Sequence record: SRR22947727_339
Reading direction: 5' to 3' (one strand)
DNA: 64,000 nt
Position 1 is the stretch's first letter. The number at the start of each line of letters is the position of its first letter. Position numbers and translations under genes: made by a program. Of the stretch, positions 20,430 through 30,031 are shown one piece after another. Below the pieces are notes generated by a model, which did not search any database, was not told the DNA's origin, and saw only the letters and a list, made by a program, of their open reading frames with translations.

Positions 20430-21206
20430 TTAAGCGTATTTATCACCTAAATAAACACGCCTAACATCTTTACTAGCCCTTATCTCATCTGGAGTCCCCT
20501 CAAACAAGGCTTCCCCTTGAAATAATATTGAGGCACGGTCAACAATGTCCAGGGTTTCTCTTACGCGATGATCAGTAATTAATATCCCTATCCCTCGTTT
20601 TTTTAAATATAAAACGAGTTCTGATATATCTGCTATTGCAATGGGATCTATCCCGGTAAAAGGCTCATCAAGTAATATAAAGCTTGGTCTAGATGCTAAT
20701 GCTCTTGCAATCTCCACCCTACGTCTCTCACCACCCGAAAGTGCAAGTGCTGGACTTTTTTTAATATGACCAATATTTAGTTCATCAAGTAATGCCTCAA
20801 CATTATCGTCCCATTTTGATCTATCATTTTCAGTTAGCTGCACGACAGCTTTAATATTTTCTTCAACAGTTAAGCCCCTAAATATTGATTGTTCTTGAGG
20901 TAAGTATCCCACACCAAGCCGAGCACGTTGATACATTGGTAAATTAGTTATATTTTGTCCATCTAAACTAATCATACCTCTATCAGCTTCTATGAGTCCC
21001 ATTATCATATAAAAGCTTGTGGTCTTTCCAGCGCCATTGGGGCCCATAAGCGCGACAACCTCACCACGTTGAACAGTTAAAGTAATATCTTTGACAACCT
21101 CGCGGCCACGATAAGCCTTACCTATATTATTAGCGGCTAGTCCAGTTGGTGGAGGTGTAAAATCACTTCCTAAGCTTACTTGTTTTTTATCAGAACCATT
21201 GGCCAT
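20430..21206 (-). CDS. lptB: LPS export ABC ATPase
   Basis: GPNGAGKTT, GYLPQE, LSGGERRRVEIARAL, LLDEPF, ITDH. Confidence 0.95.
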   Translation of the reverse strand: MANGSDKKQVSLGSDFTPPPTGLAANNIGKAYRGREVVKDITLTVQRGEVVALMGPNGAGKTTSFYMIMGLIEADRGMISLDGQNITNLPMYQRARLGVGYLPQEQSIFRGLTVEENIKAVVQLTENDRSKWDDNVEALLDELNIGHIKKSPALALSGGERRRVEIARALASRPSFILLDEPFTGIDPIAIADISELVLYLKKRGIGILITDHRVRETLDIVDRASILFQGEALFEGTPDEIRASKDVRRVYLGDKYA

Positions 21207-21233
21207 CTTATCACCTTTTATTAGCGAACTAAC

Positions 21234-21761
21234 TTAATTTTCATTGTCAGTTGAATTTTTGAGTAAAATTTTCACACGACCTTCTGTTCCACAACTTCGT
21301 CCATTGCATGTACCTATTACTTGAGCTTCTTCCGTTTTCAAGTCGTAAATAAGTGTATCTCCAGTGACAACATTATCACCTTGGAGTAAAATGACATTAC
21401 CCCTCACTGTAAAGGTATCAGATGATTTTAAATAAACACCATTATCTCCACGAACTTCTTGTTCAGGAGTTATATAATAAAAGTTTCCAGTAGCTTCTAT
21501 TCGGGAAATATCGTCTGTATTGGAACCTTCATCCCCAGTTGTAATACCCCCAAAAATTTTCATTTTATCCGCCAATATTCTGGTATCACCCTGACGAACA
21601 TCTACTTGACCACTAAGAATAGTAGTTCCATTGGAATTAATGATTAAATCTGCAGTCGCCTCAGTCGGCAAATCATTATCAGTTGCGAACTGTGCAAATA
21701 CTTTTTGTGGCACGAAGCTTAATAATAAGAGCCAACAAAAAAACTTAAAAATATTTTTCAT
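21234..21761 (-). CDS. lptA: LptA/OstA-family periplasmic bridge protein (downstream copy)
   Basis: Signal peptide; G.VDVRQG, RIEATGN, GNVILLQG, GDTLIYD, GRV; lies between lptC and lptB. Confidence 0.85.
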   Translation of the reverse strand: MKNIFKFFCWLLLLSFVPQKVFAQFATDNDLPTEATADLIINSNGTTILSGQVDVRQGDTRILADKMKIFGGITTGDEGSNTDDISRIEATGNFYYITPEQEVRGDNGVYLKSSDTFTVRGNVILLQGDNVVTGDTLIYDLKTEEAQVIGTCNGRSCGTEGRVKILLKNSTDNEN

Positions 21762-21770
21762 GATTTTACC

Positions 21771-22265
21771 CTAATTTCCAAATCTTATAGTTGGACGACC
21801 CGAACAGTCATCACCACTACATTTACCAGAAAACCTTATAGTCTCAGTTTCAATATTATATACTAAACGATCTGTGGATGCTGTGTTACCACCTGGCTGC
21901 TTAACCTTAACATTTCCTATAACAGTAATTGTACCCTTATCACGTTCATAAATTCCACGGGTTCCTTTTACATCATTTTGCGGCGTAGAGTAATGAAAAT
22001 TTCCGATTGCCTCAATACGAGAAATAGCCCCTAACTTATCATTCCCGTTATTAACGGCAGGGTTACTACGGAATATATTCATTGAATCAGACTTTATACT
22101 AGCCAGCCCTTGAACAACATCGACTTTGCCCGACAAAATAGTTTTATTTCCTTGGTAAGTAGCTTTTTCGGAAATGATTTGTACAGGGTCATCACCGCCA
22201 AATGTCTGTGCAAAACCATTGGGTTGATAAGCAATTATTAAAAAGAATAACATTATTAGTCTCAT
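21771..22265 (-). CDS. lptA: LptA/OstA-family periplasmic bridge protein (upstream copy)
   Basis: Signal peptide; PVQIISE, GKVDVVQG, RIEAIGN, GNVKVKQ, DRLVYN; aligns by eye with the adjacent copy. Confidence 0.82.
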   Translation of the reverse strand: MRLIMLFFLIIAYQPNGFAQTFGGDDPVQIISEKATYQGNKTILSGKVDVVQGLASIKSDSMNIFRSNPAVNNGNDKLGAISRIEAIGNFHYSTPQNDVKGTRGIYERDKGTITVIGNVKVKQPGGNTASTDRLVYNIETETIRFSGKCSGDDCSGRPTIRFGN

Positions 22266-22942
22266 TTGCTTCCTCCAATTGTATTAATCGCACTATCCTG
22301 TTCAATTGCTGCAGTTACGCCATTTTTAAAAATAAATTGACTGTAATCATTATTAATCTCAAATGCATTTCCGGTTACTTCACCAAAGTTACCATTACAT
22401 TCAATAAATTCTTTTCCTTCAATACGCTTTTCTTTATTAAAGACTCGAGCATGCGTAGTTTCACACTCATATCCATCATCTGTTTTTAGGCTGACGCCTG
22501 ATTTTAAATTTAATATTTTTTCTATATCATCAAAAGTCCCTGTTTCCGCTAATAAAATCGAAAAATCAGCACCCTTTTCTCTTGTAAACTCTAAAACTGG
22601 TTTGATTAAAGAAACAACATCACGCTCTGTCATTTTACGAGTTGCTAAATCTGCTTTTAGATAAAAAGGTAAACCATCATTAGTTCTTCCACTATACCTA
22701 GGGTTGATCATTTTTACTGCTTCTGTAGGATTATCCTCTATAAAGGTAACACTACTTTGTGATGCAAATTCATAAACAAGAAAACTCGATAAGCATAAAC
22801 ACAAAACTATTAACGCCCTGCGCATCATTTTTATAAAAAAAGAATGTCTACGGGCGGACTCAAGAGTAAGTGTTCTCTTTGGTTCCCAAAGCCCAAGCTC
22901 CTCACCTGCTCTCTGGTCAGTTTTTTTATAAGTTGAATTCAT
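22262..22942 (-). CDS. lptC: LPS export protein LptC
   Basis: ARRHS, single TM segment, MINPRYSG..DG.PF, beta-jellyroll-like tail; operon position. Confidence 0.85.
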   Translation of the reverse strand: MNSTYKKTDQRAGEELGLWEPKRTLTLESARRHSFFIKMMRRALIVLCLCLSSFLVYEFASQSSVTFIEDNPTEAVKMINPRYSGRTNDGLPFYLKADLATRKMTERDVVSLIKPVLEFTREKGADFSILLAETGTFDDIEKILNLKSGVSLKTDDGYECETTHARVFNKEKRIEGKEFIECNGNFGEVTGNAFEINNDYSQFIFKNGVTAAIEQDSAINTIGGSK

Positions 22943-23024
22943 GGGACTTTATAAAACAAGAAATTGAAAATTACGATAACAAAATTTTATAGTTTCATTA
23001 AATTAATATTTTATATGTTAAAAT

Positions 23025-23654
23025 TTACTCTGGGCGTCGCATTCTATGACTAAAAATATCGACACCCTCCCAGCCTTTTAAGTCAAGTTCACATCGAGAC
23101 GGGAGAAAATCAAAACAATTCCTTGCTAGATCCAACCTCTCTTCTCTTAACAATCGAGCAGTTAGAATATTTCTTAATTGGTGCAAGTATAACACATCGG
23201 AGGCTGCATAATCGAGTTGCGCCTGACTTAGCGCATCAGAAGCCCAGTCCGAACTTTGCTGCTGTTTTGAAAGGTCAACATTTAATAGCTCTTTTGTTAG
23301 GTCTTTTAAACCATGCTTGTCGGTGTATGTCCGTACAAGTCCAGACGCAATTTTTGTACAAAAAATAGGATCTATATCGACACCCAAATCACGTTTGATT
23401 ATTGCAACATCAAATCTGGCAAAATGAAAAATTTTTTCAACTTTAGGGTTGCTCAATAGATGCTTTAAATTCGGGGCTTCATATTTTTCTCTATCCATCT
23501 GTACTATATGTGCATTTCCATCTCCAGAGGACAACTGTACTAAGCACAACTTATCTCTAAGAAGTGAGAGACCTTGTGTTTCAGTATCAACTGCAACAGA
23601 AGAACCGAAATCAAGTCCTTCTGGAATATCCCCTTTGTAAAGTGTAACAGTCAT
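23025..23654 (-). CDS. rnd: Ribonuclease D-like 3'-5' exonuclease
   Basis: AVDTET.GL, LCLVQL, KIFHFARFD, SKQQQSSDW, YAASDV. Confidence 0.92.
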   Translation of the reverse strand: MTVTLYKGDIPEGLDFGSSVAVDTETQGLSLLRDKLCLVQLSSGDGNAHIVQMDREKYEAPNLKHLLSNPKVEKIFHFARFDVAIIKRDLGVDIDPIFCTKIASGLVRTYTDKHGLKDLTKELLNVDLSKQQQSSDWASDALSQAQLDYAASDVLYLHQLRNILTARLLREERLDLARNCFDFLPSRCELDLKGWEGVDIFSHRMRRPE

Positions 23655-23809
23655 ATTATTTCCTTATTGTTCTCGCAGACTTACAGAAATGACTTCTAAA
23701 TAACAATGCTTGTTTTTACGATAGCCAAAATTGATATTGATTGCCATACTGATATAAAAATTTTAACCTAAGTTAATACGATTTAATTTTTAAGTCTTAA
23801 CGCAAGCAC

Positions 23810-24388
23810 ATGAGAAATTTTTCAAAAATGGAAAATACTTATAAAAACAATAAAAGCTTTAAAGCAATAAATAAAAAAGGTAGTCCACTTCTAATTGAAT
23901 GGATATCTACACCGATTGGAAAAATGTTAGCAGTCTGTGACGAAAATTATCTGTATATGTTAGAATTTTCAGACCGAAAAAATATTCAGAATGGATTTGA
24001 TAGATTATATAAAAAGTACAATAGACACATTATTCTCGGTAGGACATCAATAACTAAAAGAATAGAAAAAGAATTAAAACTTTATTTTGCAAAATCTCTT
24101 AAAGAATTTACTACGCCATTCCTATTTACAGGAACTAAATACCAAAAGAAAATTTGGTTTAACTTGACCAAAATCCCTTATGGGGAAACACGTTCATATT
24201 CAGAATTAGCTGCAGATATCGGAAATGAAAAGGCATCCAGAGCTGTTGCCAACTCAAATGCTAAGAATATTCTCGCATTAATAATTCCATGTCACAGAGT
24301 CATAATGCAAAGTGGTTTTATAGGTGGATATTCTGGCGGTGCTGAGAGAAAAAAATGGCTTCTCAATCATGAACGGTTACTTTTGTAA
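23810..24388 (+). CDS. ogt: Methylated-DNA-protein-cysteine methyltransferase
   Basis: IPYGETRSY, RAVA, IIPCHRV, GGYSGG..RK.WLL. Confidence 0.9.
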   Translation: MRNFSKMENTYKNNKSFKAINKKGSPLLIEWISTPIGKMLAVCDENYLYMLEFSDRKNIQNGFDRLYKKYNRHIILGRTSITKRIEKELKLYFAKSLKEFTTPFLFTGTKYQKKIWFNLTKIPYGETRSYSELAADIGNEKASRAVANSNAKNILALIIPCHRVIMQSGFIGGYSGGAERKKWLLNHERLLL

Positions 24389-24391
24389 AGT

Positions 24392-24850
24392 TTAAATTGA
24401 GCTAAAAGTAAGCTGGGCTGATAGTAAATAATTATCATTAATAGAAATAGATGCTCTTATTAGATTAGCACCTCCAACATTTATTAAAGCTTGTATAAAC
24501 TGATACATCTTGATTGTCTCAACATCATCGATCCAAACCACCAAACTTTCTTTCATGGGGTTTATACGAGAAAGGCTAATATTATTTTCACGAGCTATTT
24601 GTATTAATATAGCTCGAGTAAATATCACTTCTTCTTCTATTTTTTTCTCAGAAAGATAGGGTATTGTGTTTGCAACAAGCTCATAATCGGCCATCGCTTT
24701 AGAAACTTTTAGACTAGCATCAATATTCAATTTACGAATAGGATTATAAACAAAAATATAAATAACAAATACAAAAGCAAATAAGCTGGTTAGACTAATG
24801 ATAATTTTTTCATACAGCTCACGTTGATCCCACTTTATAAAATTTTTCAT
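24392..24850 (-). CDS. gspM: T2SS protein M
   Basis: N-terminal RE + TM segment, ferredoxin-like tail; last gene of the gsp operon. Confidence 0.75.
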   Translation of the reverse strand: MKNFIKWDQRELYEKIIISLTSLFAFVFVIYIFVYNPIRKLNIDASLKVSKAMADYELVANTIPYLSEKKIEEEVIFTRAILIQIARENNISLSRINPMKESLVVWIDDVETIKMYQFIQALINVGGANLIRASISINDNYLLSAQLTFSSI

Positions 24851-25908
24851 AATACGGCCTCACTAAGACTAGCCTCACCAATAAAAATACCTGATTTTTC
24901 ACGAACACTGCCTGTTGTTAATACGCCTCCAAATTCACTAATAATTTTTTCAATTTCCTCTGCGCTCTCAAAACTTGGATAAGTAAATTGTATCTGAAAT
25001 TCACTACCTTTATCTTTATTTTGGAACCTAATATTATTTATGGAAAGGCCAGGAACCTTACTAACAGATCTAAATAATATTTCTGACAAGCTTAGGAAAT
25101 CAGAAGAATTCGAGCTACCTTTTGAGATAAATTTTCTAGTTAATAATGCTGCATTGCCCTTAGCTTTTTCTCCTGTCGCATCGAAGTATAATTTTTCTGT
25201 TTTTACCTTTAAATCTAGAGCTTGCTTTTTAAGAGCACGAGTTTCTATTGCTAATGAAAAAGTAAATATAAAAATAAAACAGGTTATTAGCACACCAATA
25301 AAAGCTAGCTTTTTAAATGGTAATCCCAATGAAGTTTTTTGTACAAATTCATTTTGTAGTATATTAAGAAAATTATTTTTTTCTATGGCTCGGTCGATGA
25401 ATTTAAAAATTTTAACATCATTTAATGTTTTTTTTTCTTCGGACCACCCCATATCAACAGAATTACCTAGTTTACCTGGGTTAATCACACGGTTACACAT
25501 AAGAAAACTGTCTGTTGTATCAGATAATAAATCAAAGTCAGCAGCAGCTTTTTTTGGGCTAAAGCCAACATTTTTGACTTCGGCCAAACATCTTCTTAAA
25601 TAATCTTTATTGATAATCGCAATTCTATCTTCTGACACAGAAAAATGAAGCCCTTCCAAAGGTTCAGCTAATTTATTCTCAATAGAAAATATTGCTGCCT
25701 GCATTAATTCGCGTTTTGACTTTACTGAAATTTTATGAGGGTATATCCTTATGAATTGTCCCGGTATTACAAGTAAAGTATCGTGAATATTATAATCAAT
25801 TGGAGGGTTGCCAAGTCCATTCTTGATGACTTTTTTATTATCAATAAGTCCCCACATGACTATTTCATTATTAGAATGATTCATAATTATTACGAGATTA
25901 CATGTCAC
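24847..25908 (-). CDS. gspL: T2SS protein L
   Basis: LVIPGQ, IENKLAEPLEGLHF, LNILQ.EF, TM segment; between gspK and gspM. Confidence 0.8.
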   Translation of the reverse strand: MTCNLVIIMNHSNNEIVMWGLIDNKKVIKNGLGNPPIDYNIHDTLLVIPGQFIRIYPHKISVKSKRELMQAAIFSIENKLAEPLEGLHFSVSEDRIAIINKDYLRRCLAEVKNVGFSPKKAAADFDLLSDTTDSFLMCNRVINPGKLGNSVDMGWSEEKKTLNDVKIFKFIDRAIEKNNFLNILQNEFVQKTSLGLPFKKLAFIGVLITCFIFIFTFSLAIETRALKKQALDLKVKTEKLYFDATGEKAKGNAALLTRKFISKGSSNSSDFLSLSEILFRSVSKVPGLSINNIRFQNKDKGSEFQIQFTYPSFESAEEIEKIISEFGGVLTTGSVREKSGIFIGEASLSEAVL

Positions 25909-25913
25909 TTTAA

Positions 25914-26915
25914 TTATAATTCCTTTTTCTTTAATTTTGGCCGCAAGCTCTCATATCCCCAACCCTTATATATTTTGCCGACATTTCCAGCACTAACATC
26001 ATACTCATAACTAACTACTCGAGAGGCATTATGATAATCAACCCTCACTTCAACCCATAGAAAGTTCGGTTCAAAAACAATTTGATCATAAGCAACATTA
26101 TCTCCTTGAAAGTTTTGAAATGCTTGACTGGATCTCAACTCTTGTAAGTTATCATAGCCTTTCTTTGGACGCTCAGCAATAATTGCAAGAGCTGTATCAT
26201 AAAAATCACTCCCGCCAAGAATTGAAGAAAGCAAAAAAGCGTCCTTAGCTTCAGAAGTATTGATATTAAATTTCGTTTTAGACCCTGGCACACGAATACA
26301 TATATAAGGTCTTAAAAGTTTATAAATATTTTCATCCATACCCTCAATACTGCGGAGCTCCATAACGGAAGATAATATAGAGTTAGAGGTACGATGTGGT
26401 ATTGAACGCCGTAAATAATCTCCATCTTCAGCACCGAGAAGTTCTCGTTGAGTATCTGCGTCCATCCAATCAGATAGAGAATAAGAAATTTTTTTTGCTT
26501 TAAATTCAGGTATCCCCAACGAACCCATTAAATATTCAAACTGCCTACGGCCAGCAACATCAGCTTTACCTTCTGATGTGATTAAGCTACCCAATGAAAA
26601 ACAATCAGTTCCATCGCTTATATTAGCTGTTATCATTCCACCTTCATAAGGGTAGATCAATGGTTGAGACTTTTTAAATGTATCATTTCTTATTGATATA
26701 TCGAGTTTATTATATTGGTTATTAATAAAATTTTCTATGTAATCTTCCGCGCCCCTTACATACCAATGTGTCTGAGCATAATCATTAATATTGATCGTTT
26801 TTTTAACTGCAAACTTTATATCTTCAATTATAGCAATCGATATCACAGCCATTATGGACATAATAAGTAAAGTTGTAAGTAGTACGGTCCCCTCTTCTTT
26901 AGATTTACCAATCAT
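25914..26915 (-). CDS. gspK: T2SS minor pseudopilin K
   Basis: G|TVLL prepilin-like N-terminus, DWMDAD, GAEDGDY, EL..I.GM, NINT. Confidence 0.9.
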   Translation of the reverse strand: MIGKSKEEGTVLLTTLLIMSIMAVISIAIIEDIKFAVKKTININDYAQTHWYVRGAEDYIENFINNQYNKLDISIRNDTFKKSQPLIYPYEGGMITANISDGTDCFSLGSLITSEGKADVAGRRQFEYLMGSLGIPEFKAKKISYSLSDWMDADTQRELLGAEDGDYLRRSIPHRTSNSILSSVMELRSIEGMDENIYKLLRPYICIRVPGSKTKFNINTSEAKDAFLLSSILGGSDFYDTALAIIAERPKKGYDNLQELRSSQAFQNFQGDNVAYDQIVFEPNFLWVEVRVDYHNASRVVSYEYDVSAGNVGKIYKGWGYESLRPKLKKKEL

Positions 26916-27532
26916 AAATTTAACTCAAAAAGGTGCTCCGTTAGGTCATTATTTTTATCTGTTATCTCTAAAGAAATTGCTTTGACCATTGGTATTTCAA
27001 AATTATTTAATCGAATATCTGTATTGTTAACTTTTACAATAGAGTTATTTTCGTATTTAATCCCTTTTATTTTTATATCTTTGATATCACTAAGCAATAC
27101 CAAACTATAAGTACCGGGCACTTGACTTGGGTTTTCATGTTCATACGAAATTCTAATCAAGGAACCTTCCTCAAAAACATAATTTACTCTCTCTAAGTCA
27201 CCTCGTTTTTCTAGTCCGCTTGGGTTTTCTAACCCGCGGCGCGTAAAACTTAAGAGAATTGAGTTATCAGAGAATAATGAATATGGCCTTATATCCCCTA
27301 ATTCATCTCTACTAACTCGCAAAGTTAGAGCCGACATATCATTTCTAATTATAGTGCGAGCGATATTGAGCTCGCTCAACTCATCCATAGCTATATCAAG
27401 TTGTTCTTTAGTTTTTAAACTTTGAGATAATGCCGTCGTTGCACCTATTGATATAATAGAAAAAATAAAAAGCGATACTAAGACTTCTACAAGAGTAAAA
27501 CCTCTTTGATTGATATTACGAGTATTTGTCAT
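26912..27532 (-). CDS. gspJ: T2SS minor pseudopilin J
   Basis: QRG|FTLVEVL, FTRRG..NP, LERV.Y. Confidence 0.88.
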   Translation of the reverse strand: MTNTRNINQRGFTLVEVLVSLFIFSIISIGATTALSQSLKTKEQLDIAMDELSELNIARTIIRNDMSALTLRVSRDELGDIRPYSLFSDNSILLSFTRRGLENPSGLEKRGDLERVNYVFEEGSLIRISYEHENPSQVPGTYSLVLLSDIKDIKIKGIKYENNSIVKVNNTDIRLNNFEIPMVKAISLEITDKNNDLTEHLFELNL

Positions 27533-27885
27533 AATTTTGCTAATCGAAAAGCAGTTCGTTTTATAATGAGCTGCTCAGTTGCTTTATCAATTACTTCCAC
27601 CTTAATTTCATAAAAATCTTTGCTTTGTGTTTTTGAAACCTCAGCGCGCCAGTCGTAGTTTTTTCCCATAACAGTGTCTTCACCAATAATTACTCCAGAC
27701 TTTAATGGTAATATTTTAAATTTTACAATCTGATTATCAGCTACAATCCCCGCGTAAGATTTATCTTGCAGTACACTGGCCGTACGGATGGACTCTATAC
27801 TACTTCGAGTTAATCCAATTATTGCAAGGCTGAAAATGAGTAGAGCAGCTAAAACTTCAATTAATGTGAAACCATCGTTATTCAT
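27529..27885 (-). CDS. gspI: T2SS minor pseudopilin I
   Basis: G|FTLIEVL, A.IVADNQ; operon order. Confidence 0.88.
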   Translation of the reverse strand: MNNDGFTLIEVLAALLIFSLAIIGLTRSSIESIRTASVLQDKSYAGIVADNQIVKFKILPLKSGVIIGEDTVMGKNYDWRAEVSKTQSKDFYEIKVEVIDKATEQLIIKRTAFRLAKL

Positions 27886-28352
27886 TTTATAAGTTTCACG
27901 ACCTCAACACCACCATTAATATTAGATGAAAACGTATAGATACTATCAGAATCAGAAATTTTTATTTTAAACGGAGTTATTAAACCGTTAGGCTGAAAAA
28001 AGAAAATTGGCATTGTATTTTCGGGTATATTTAGCTTTTTCGACGATTGGTACATTTCAAGACTAATGTTCTCAGGCCATTCCGTAAAGTTTCTTTTTTC
28101 CCATTGGTTATTATCGAAAGAATAAAATGCATATCCATTATCTGAAAAACCTACTGATGCGACTTTACCAGTTACTAAGCTATCATGGATTAAAGCATTA
28201 AATTCGAATGTGAGTTTTTTTGCTTGAGCATCAAGATCTGATGAAGATTTAGGCATAAACAGAATTACACTCGATGACATAAGTCCAATGATAAATAAAA
28301 CAATTAAAATTTCTATAAGTGAAAATCCATCCGTTTTGGATCCATTTCTCAT
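27882..28352 (-). CDS. gspH: T2SS minor pseudopilin H
   Basis: G|FSLIEIL, IFFQPNG..TPF; operon order. Confidence 0.85.
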   Translation of the reverse strand: MRNGSKTDGFSLIEILIVLFIIGLMSSSVILFMPKSSSDLDAQAKKLTFEFNALIHDSLVTGKVASVGFSDNGYAFYSFDNNQWEKRNFTEWPENISLEMYQSSKKLNIPENTMPIFFFQPNGLITPFKIKISDSDSIYTFSSNINGGVEVVKLIK

Positions 28353-28354
28353 CC

Positions 28355-28810
28355 TTATTTATCCCAACTAACTATATCTTCATCTGCTTTTTCTCCTCCA
28401 ATCTCGCCGTCAGCTCCATAAGATATAATATCATAAACATTATTTTCACCCGGATATATATAGACATAAGGATTACCCCAAGGGTCATCTGGTAATGATT
28501 TCAAATAACCTCCCTTACGATAACGTTCTTCATCAGCACCGCTTGGTAAAGACTTTAACGCCTCTAAGCCCATTTGCTGGTCTGGATAATCAAGCATATC
28601 TAAACGATACATCTCCAATCCTTGTTCTAATATTCGTATATCAGATTTAGCTCTTATAATTTGCGCCTTACCCGTTTCGGGAATGATAGTAAGCGCTACA
28701 CCCACGACCATTATAGATATGATTGCCATAGTAACTAGCACCTCAATCAATGTGAAACCTTTGTCTTGTGCTGCAAGCTTAATTTGGCTCTTAAATCTTA
28801 AAATGCTCAT
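28355..28810 (-). CDS. gspG: T2SS major pseudopilin G
   Basis: G|FTLIEVL, MYRLD...YP, DPWGNPY.Y, SYGADG; ATG at 28810 preceded by GAGG. Confidence 0.95.
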   Translation of the reverse strand: MSILRFKSQIKLAAQDKGFTLIEVLVTMAIISIMVVGVALTIIPETGKAQIIRAKSDIRILEQGLEMYRLDMLDYPDQQMGLEALKSLPSGADEERYRKGGYLKSLPDDPWGNPYVYIYPGENNVYDIISYGADGEIGGEKADEDIVSWDK

Positions 28811-28820
28811 TTCAATTTCC

Positions 28821-30029
28821 TCAAACGATAAGTGTATTAAGTTGTAGTATTGGCATAAATATAGCACCTATAATTAATAAAATAACCCCAGCTAAAAGAA
28901 TAATAATTAAAGGTTCTAATAAAGATAAAAATATATCAATAGATGAAGAGAATTCTTCTTCTAAATACTCTGCAGATTTTGCAAGCATTCCTGACAAATC
29001 CCCGCTTACTTCTCCTCCTGAAATCATCTGTACAACAATTTGAGGGAAAACATTTGCATCACGAAGTGCATTATTAATTGTTAAACCTTCACGAACCTTC
29101 AAAGAAGCGTCAATTACTGCTTTCTGCATAACACTATTTTGCAACGTATGCGAAGATACCTCTAAAGCAGTTAATATTGGAGTTCCGCTATCTACCAAAC
29201 CCGACATTGTCCTAGCAAATCTTGCCGCATTCATATCTTTAGTCATCTTACTAATAACCGGTAAACTCAATAACATTCTATCCCAACGAAGTCTAAATGA
29301 TATTTTTTTGAAGAGGCGTAATAAAATTAGAAAAAAGGTAAATGTTATAATTAATAAAAACAAACCCCAACGCTGCATCCATTCAGAAAGTCCTATAACC
29401 ACTTTAGTTAGTGTCGGTAAGTCCTGTCCAAAACTATCAAATTGTTGAACAACTTTAGGAACAACTGCAACCATAAGAATAACAACAATAATCAATGCTA
29501 CTACGGACAGTACGGTAGGATAAGCAGTAGCTCCCCGTATTTTTTGTTTGATTTTTTGTGCCTTTTCTAAATCATCAGCTAGTCGCCCAAGAACGGAAGC
29601 AAGGCGACCAGAAGTTTCGCCTGACGCAACCATTGCAATATATAATCGGGAAAAGGTTGTGGGGTGGCTTTTCAGTGCATCAGACAACTTTAAGCCTTCC
29701 ATAACTTGAGAGCGTACGGATAATAAAATAGTTTTAACAATATTATTTTTAAATTGGAGTGCTGTAATTTTTAAAGCTTCTTCGACTGGGGTAGACGCAT
29801 CAATTAAAATTGAAAGCTGACGTGTAACTTGAGTAAGGTTTTTATGTTTAACTCGAAGCTTTATAAAATTACTATTTGACTGGTCTTTAGACTTAGCTTG
29901 TACAATTTTAAGAATTACAAGTTGGCGTGACCTCAGAACATCACGAGCATCTCTAGGTGAAGATGACATGATTGTACCTTTTTGACGTTTCCCTTTTAAG
30001 TCTAGGGCTATGTAATCAAAAGCATTCAA
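28821..30029 (-). CDS. gspF: T2SS inner-membrane platform protein F
   Basis: TRQL, EG..LS.AL, ASGETSG.L, AYP, ARFART, LLEP; TTG start. Confidence 0.93.
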   Translation of the reverse strand: MNAFDYIALDLKGKRQKGTIMSSSPRDARDVLRSRQLVILKIVQAKSKDQSNSNFIKLRVKHKNLTQVTRQLSILIDASTPVEEALKITALQFKNNIVKTILLSVRSQVMEGLKLSDALKSHPTTFSRLYIAMVASGETSGRLASVLGRLADDLEKAQKIKQKIRGATAYPTVLSVVALIIVVILMVAVVPKVVQQFDSFGQDLPTLTKVVIGLSEWMQRWGLFLLIITFTFFLILLRLFKKISFRLRWDRMLLSLPVISKMTKDMNAARFARTMSGLVDSGTPILTALEVSSHTLQNSVMQKAVIDASLKVREGLTINNALRDANVFPQIVVQMISGGEVSGDLSGMLAKSAEYLEEEFSSSIDIFLSLLEPLIIILLAGVILLIIGAIFMPILQLNTLIV

Positions 30030-30031
30030 AT

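Noticed and set aside
23762..23800. Clustered TTAA repeats resembling CtrA boxes (similar one near 40566)
   Set aside because: Spacing is N6 or N3 rather than N7, and TTAA is common in AT-rich DNA
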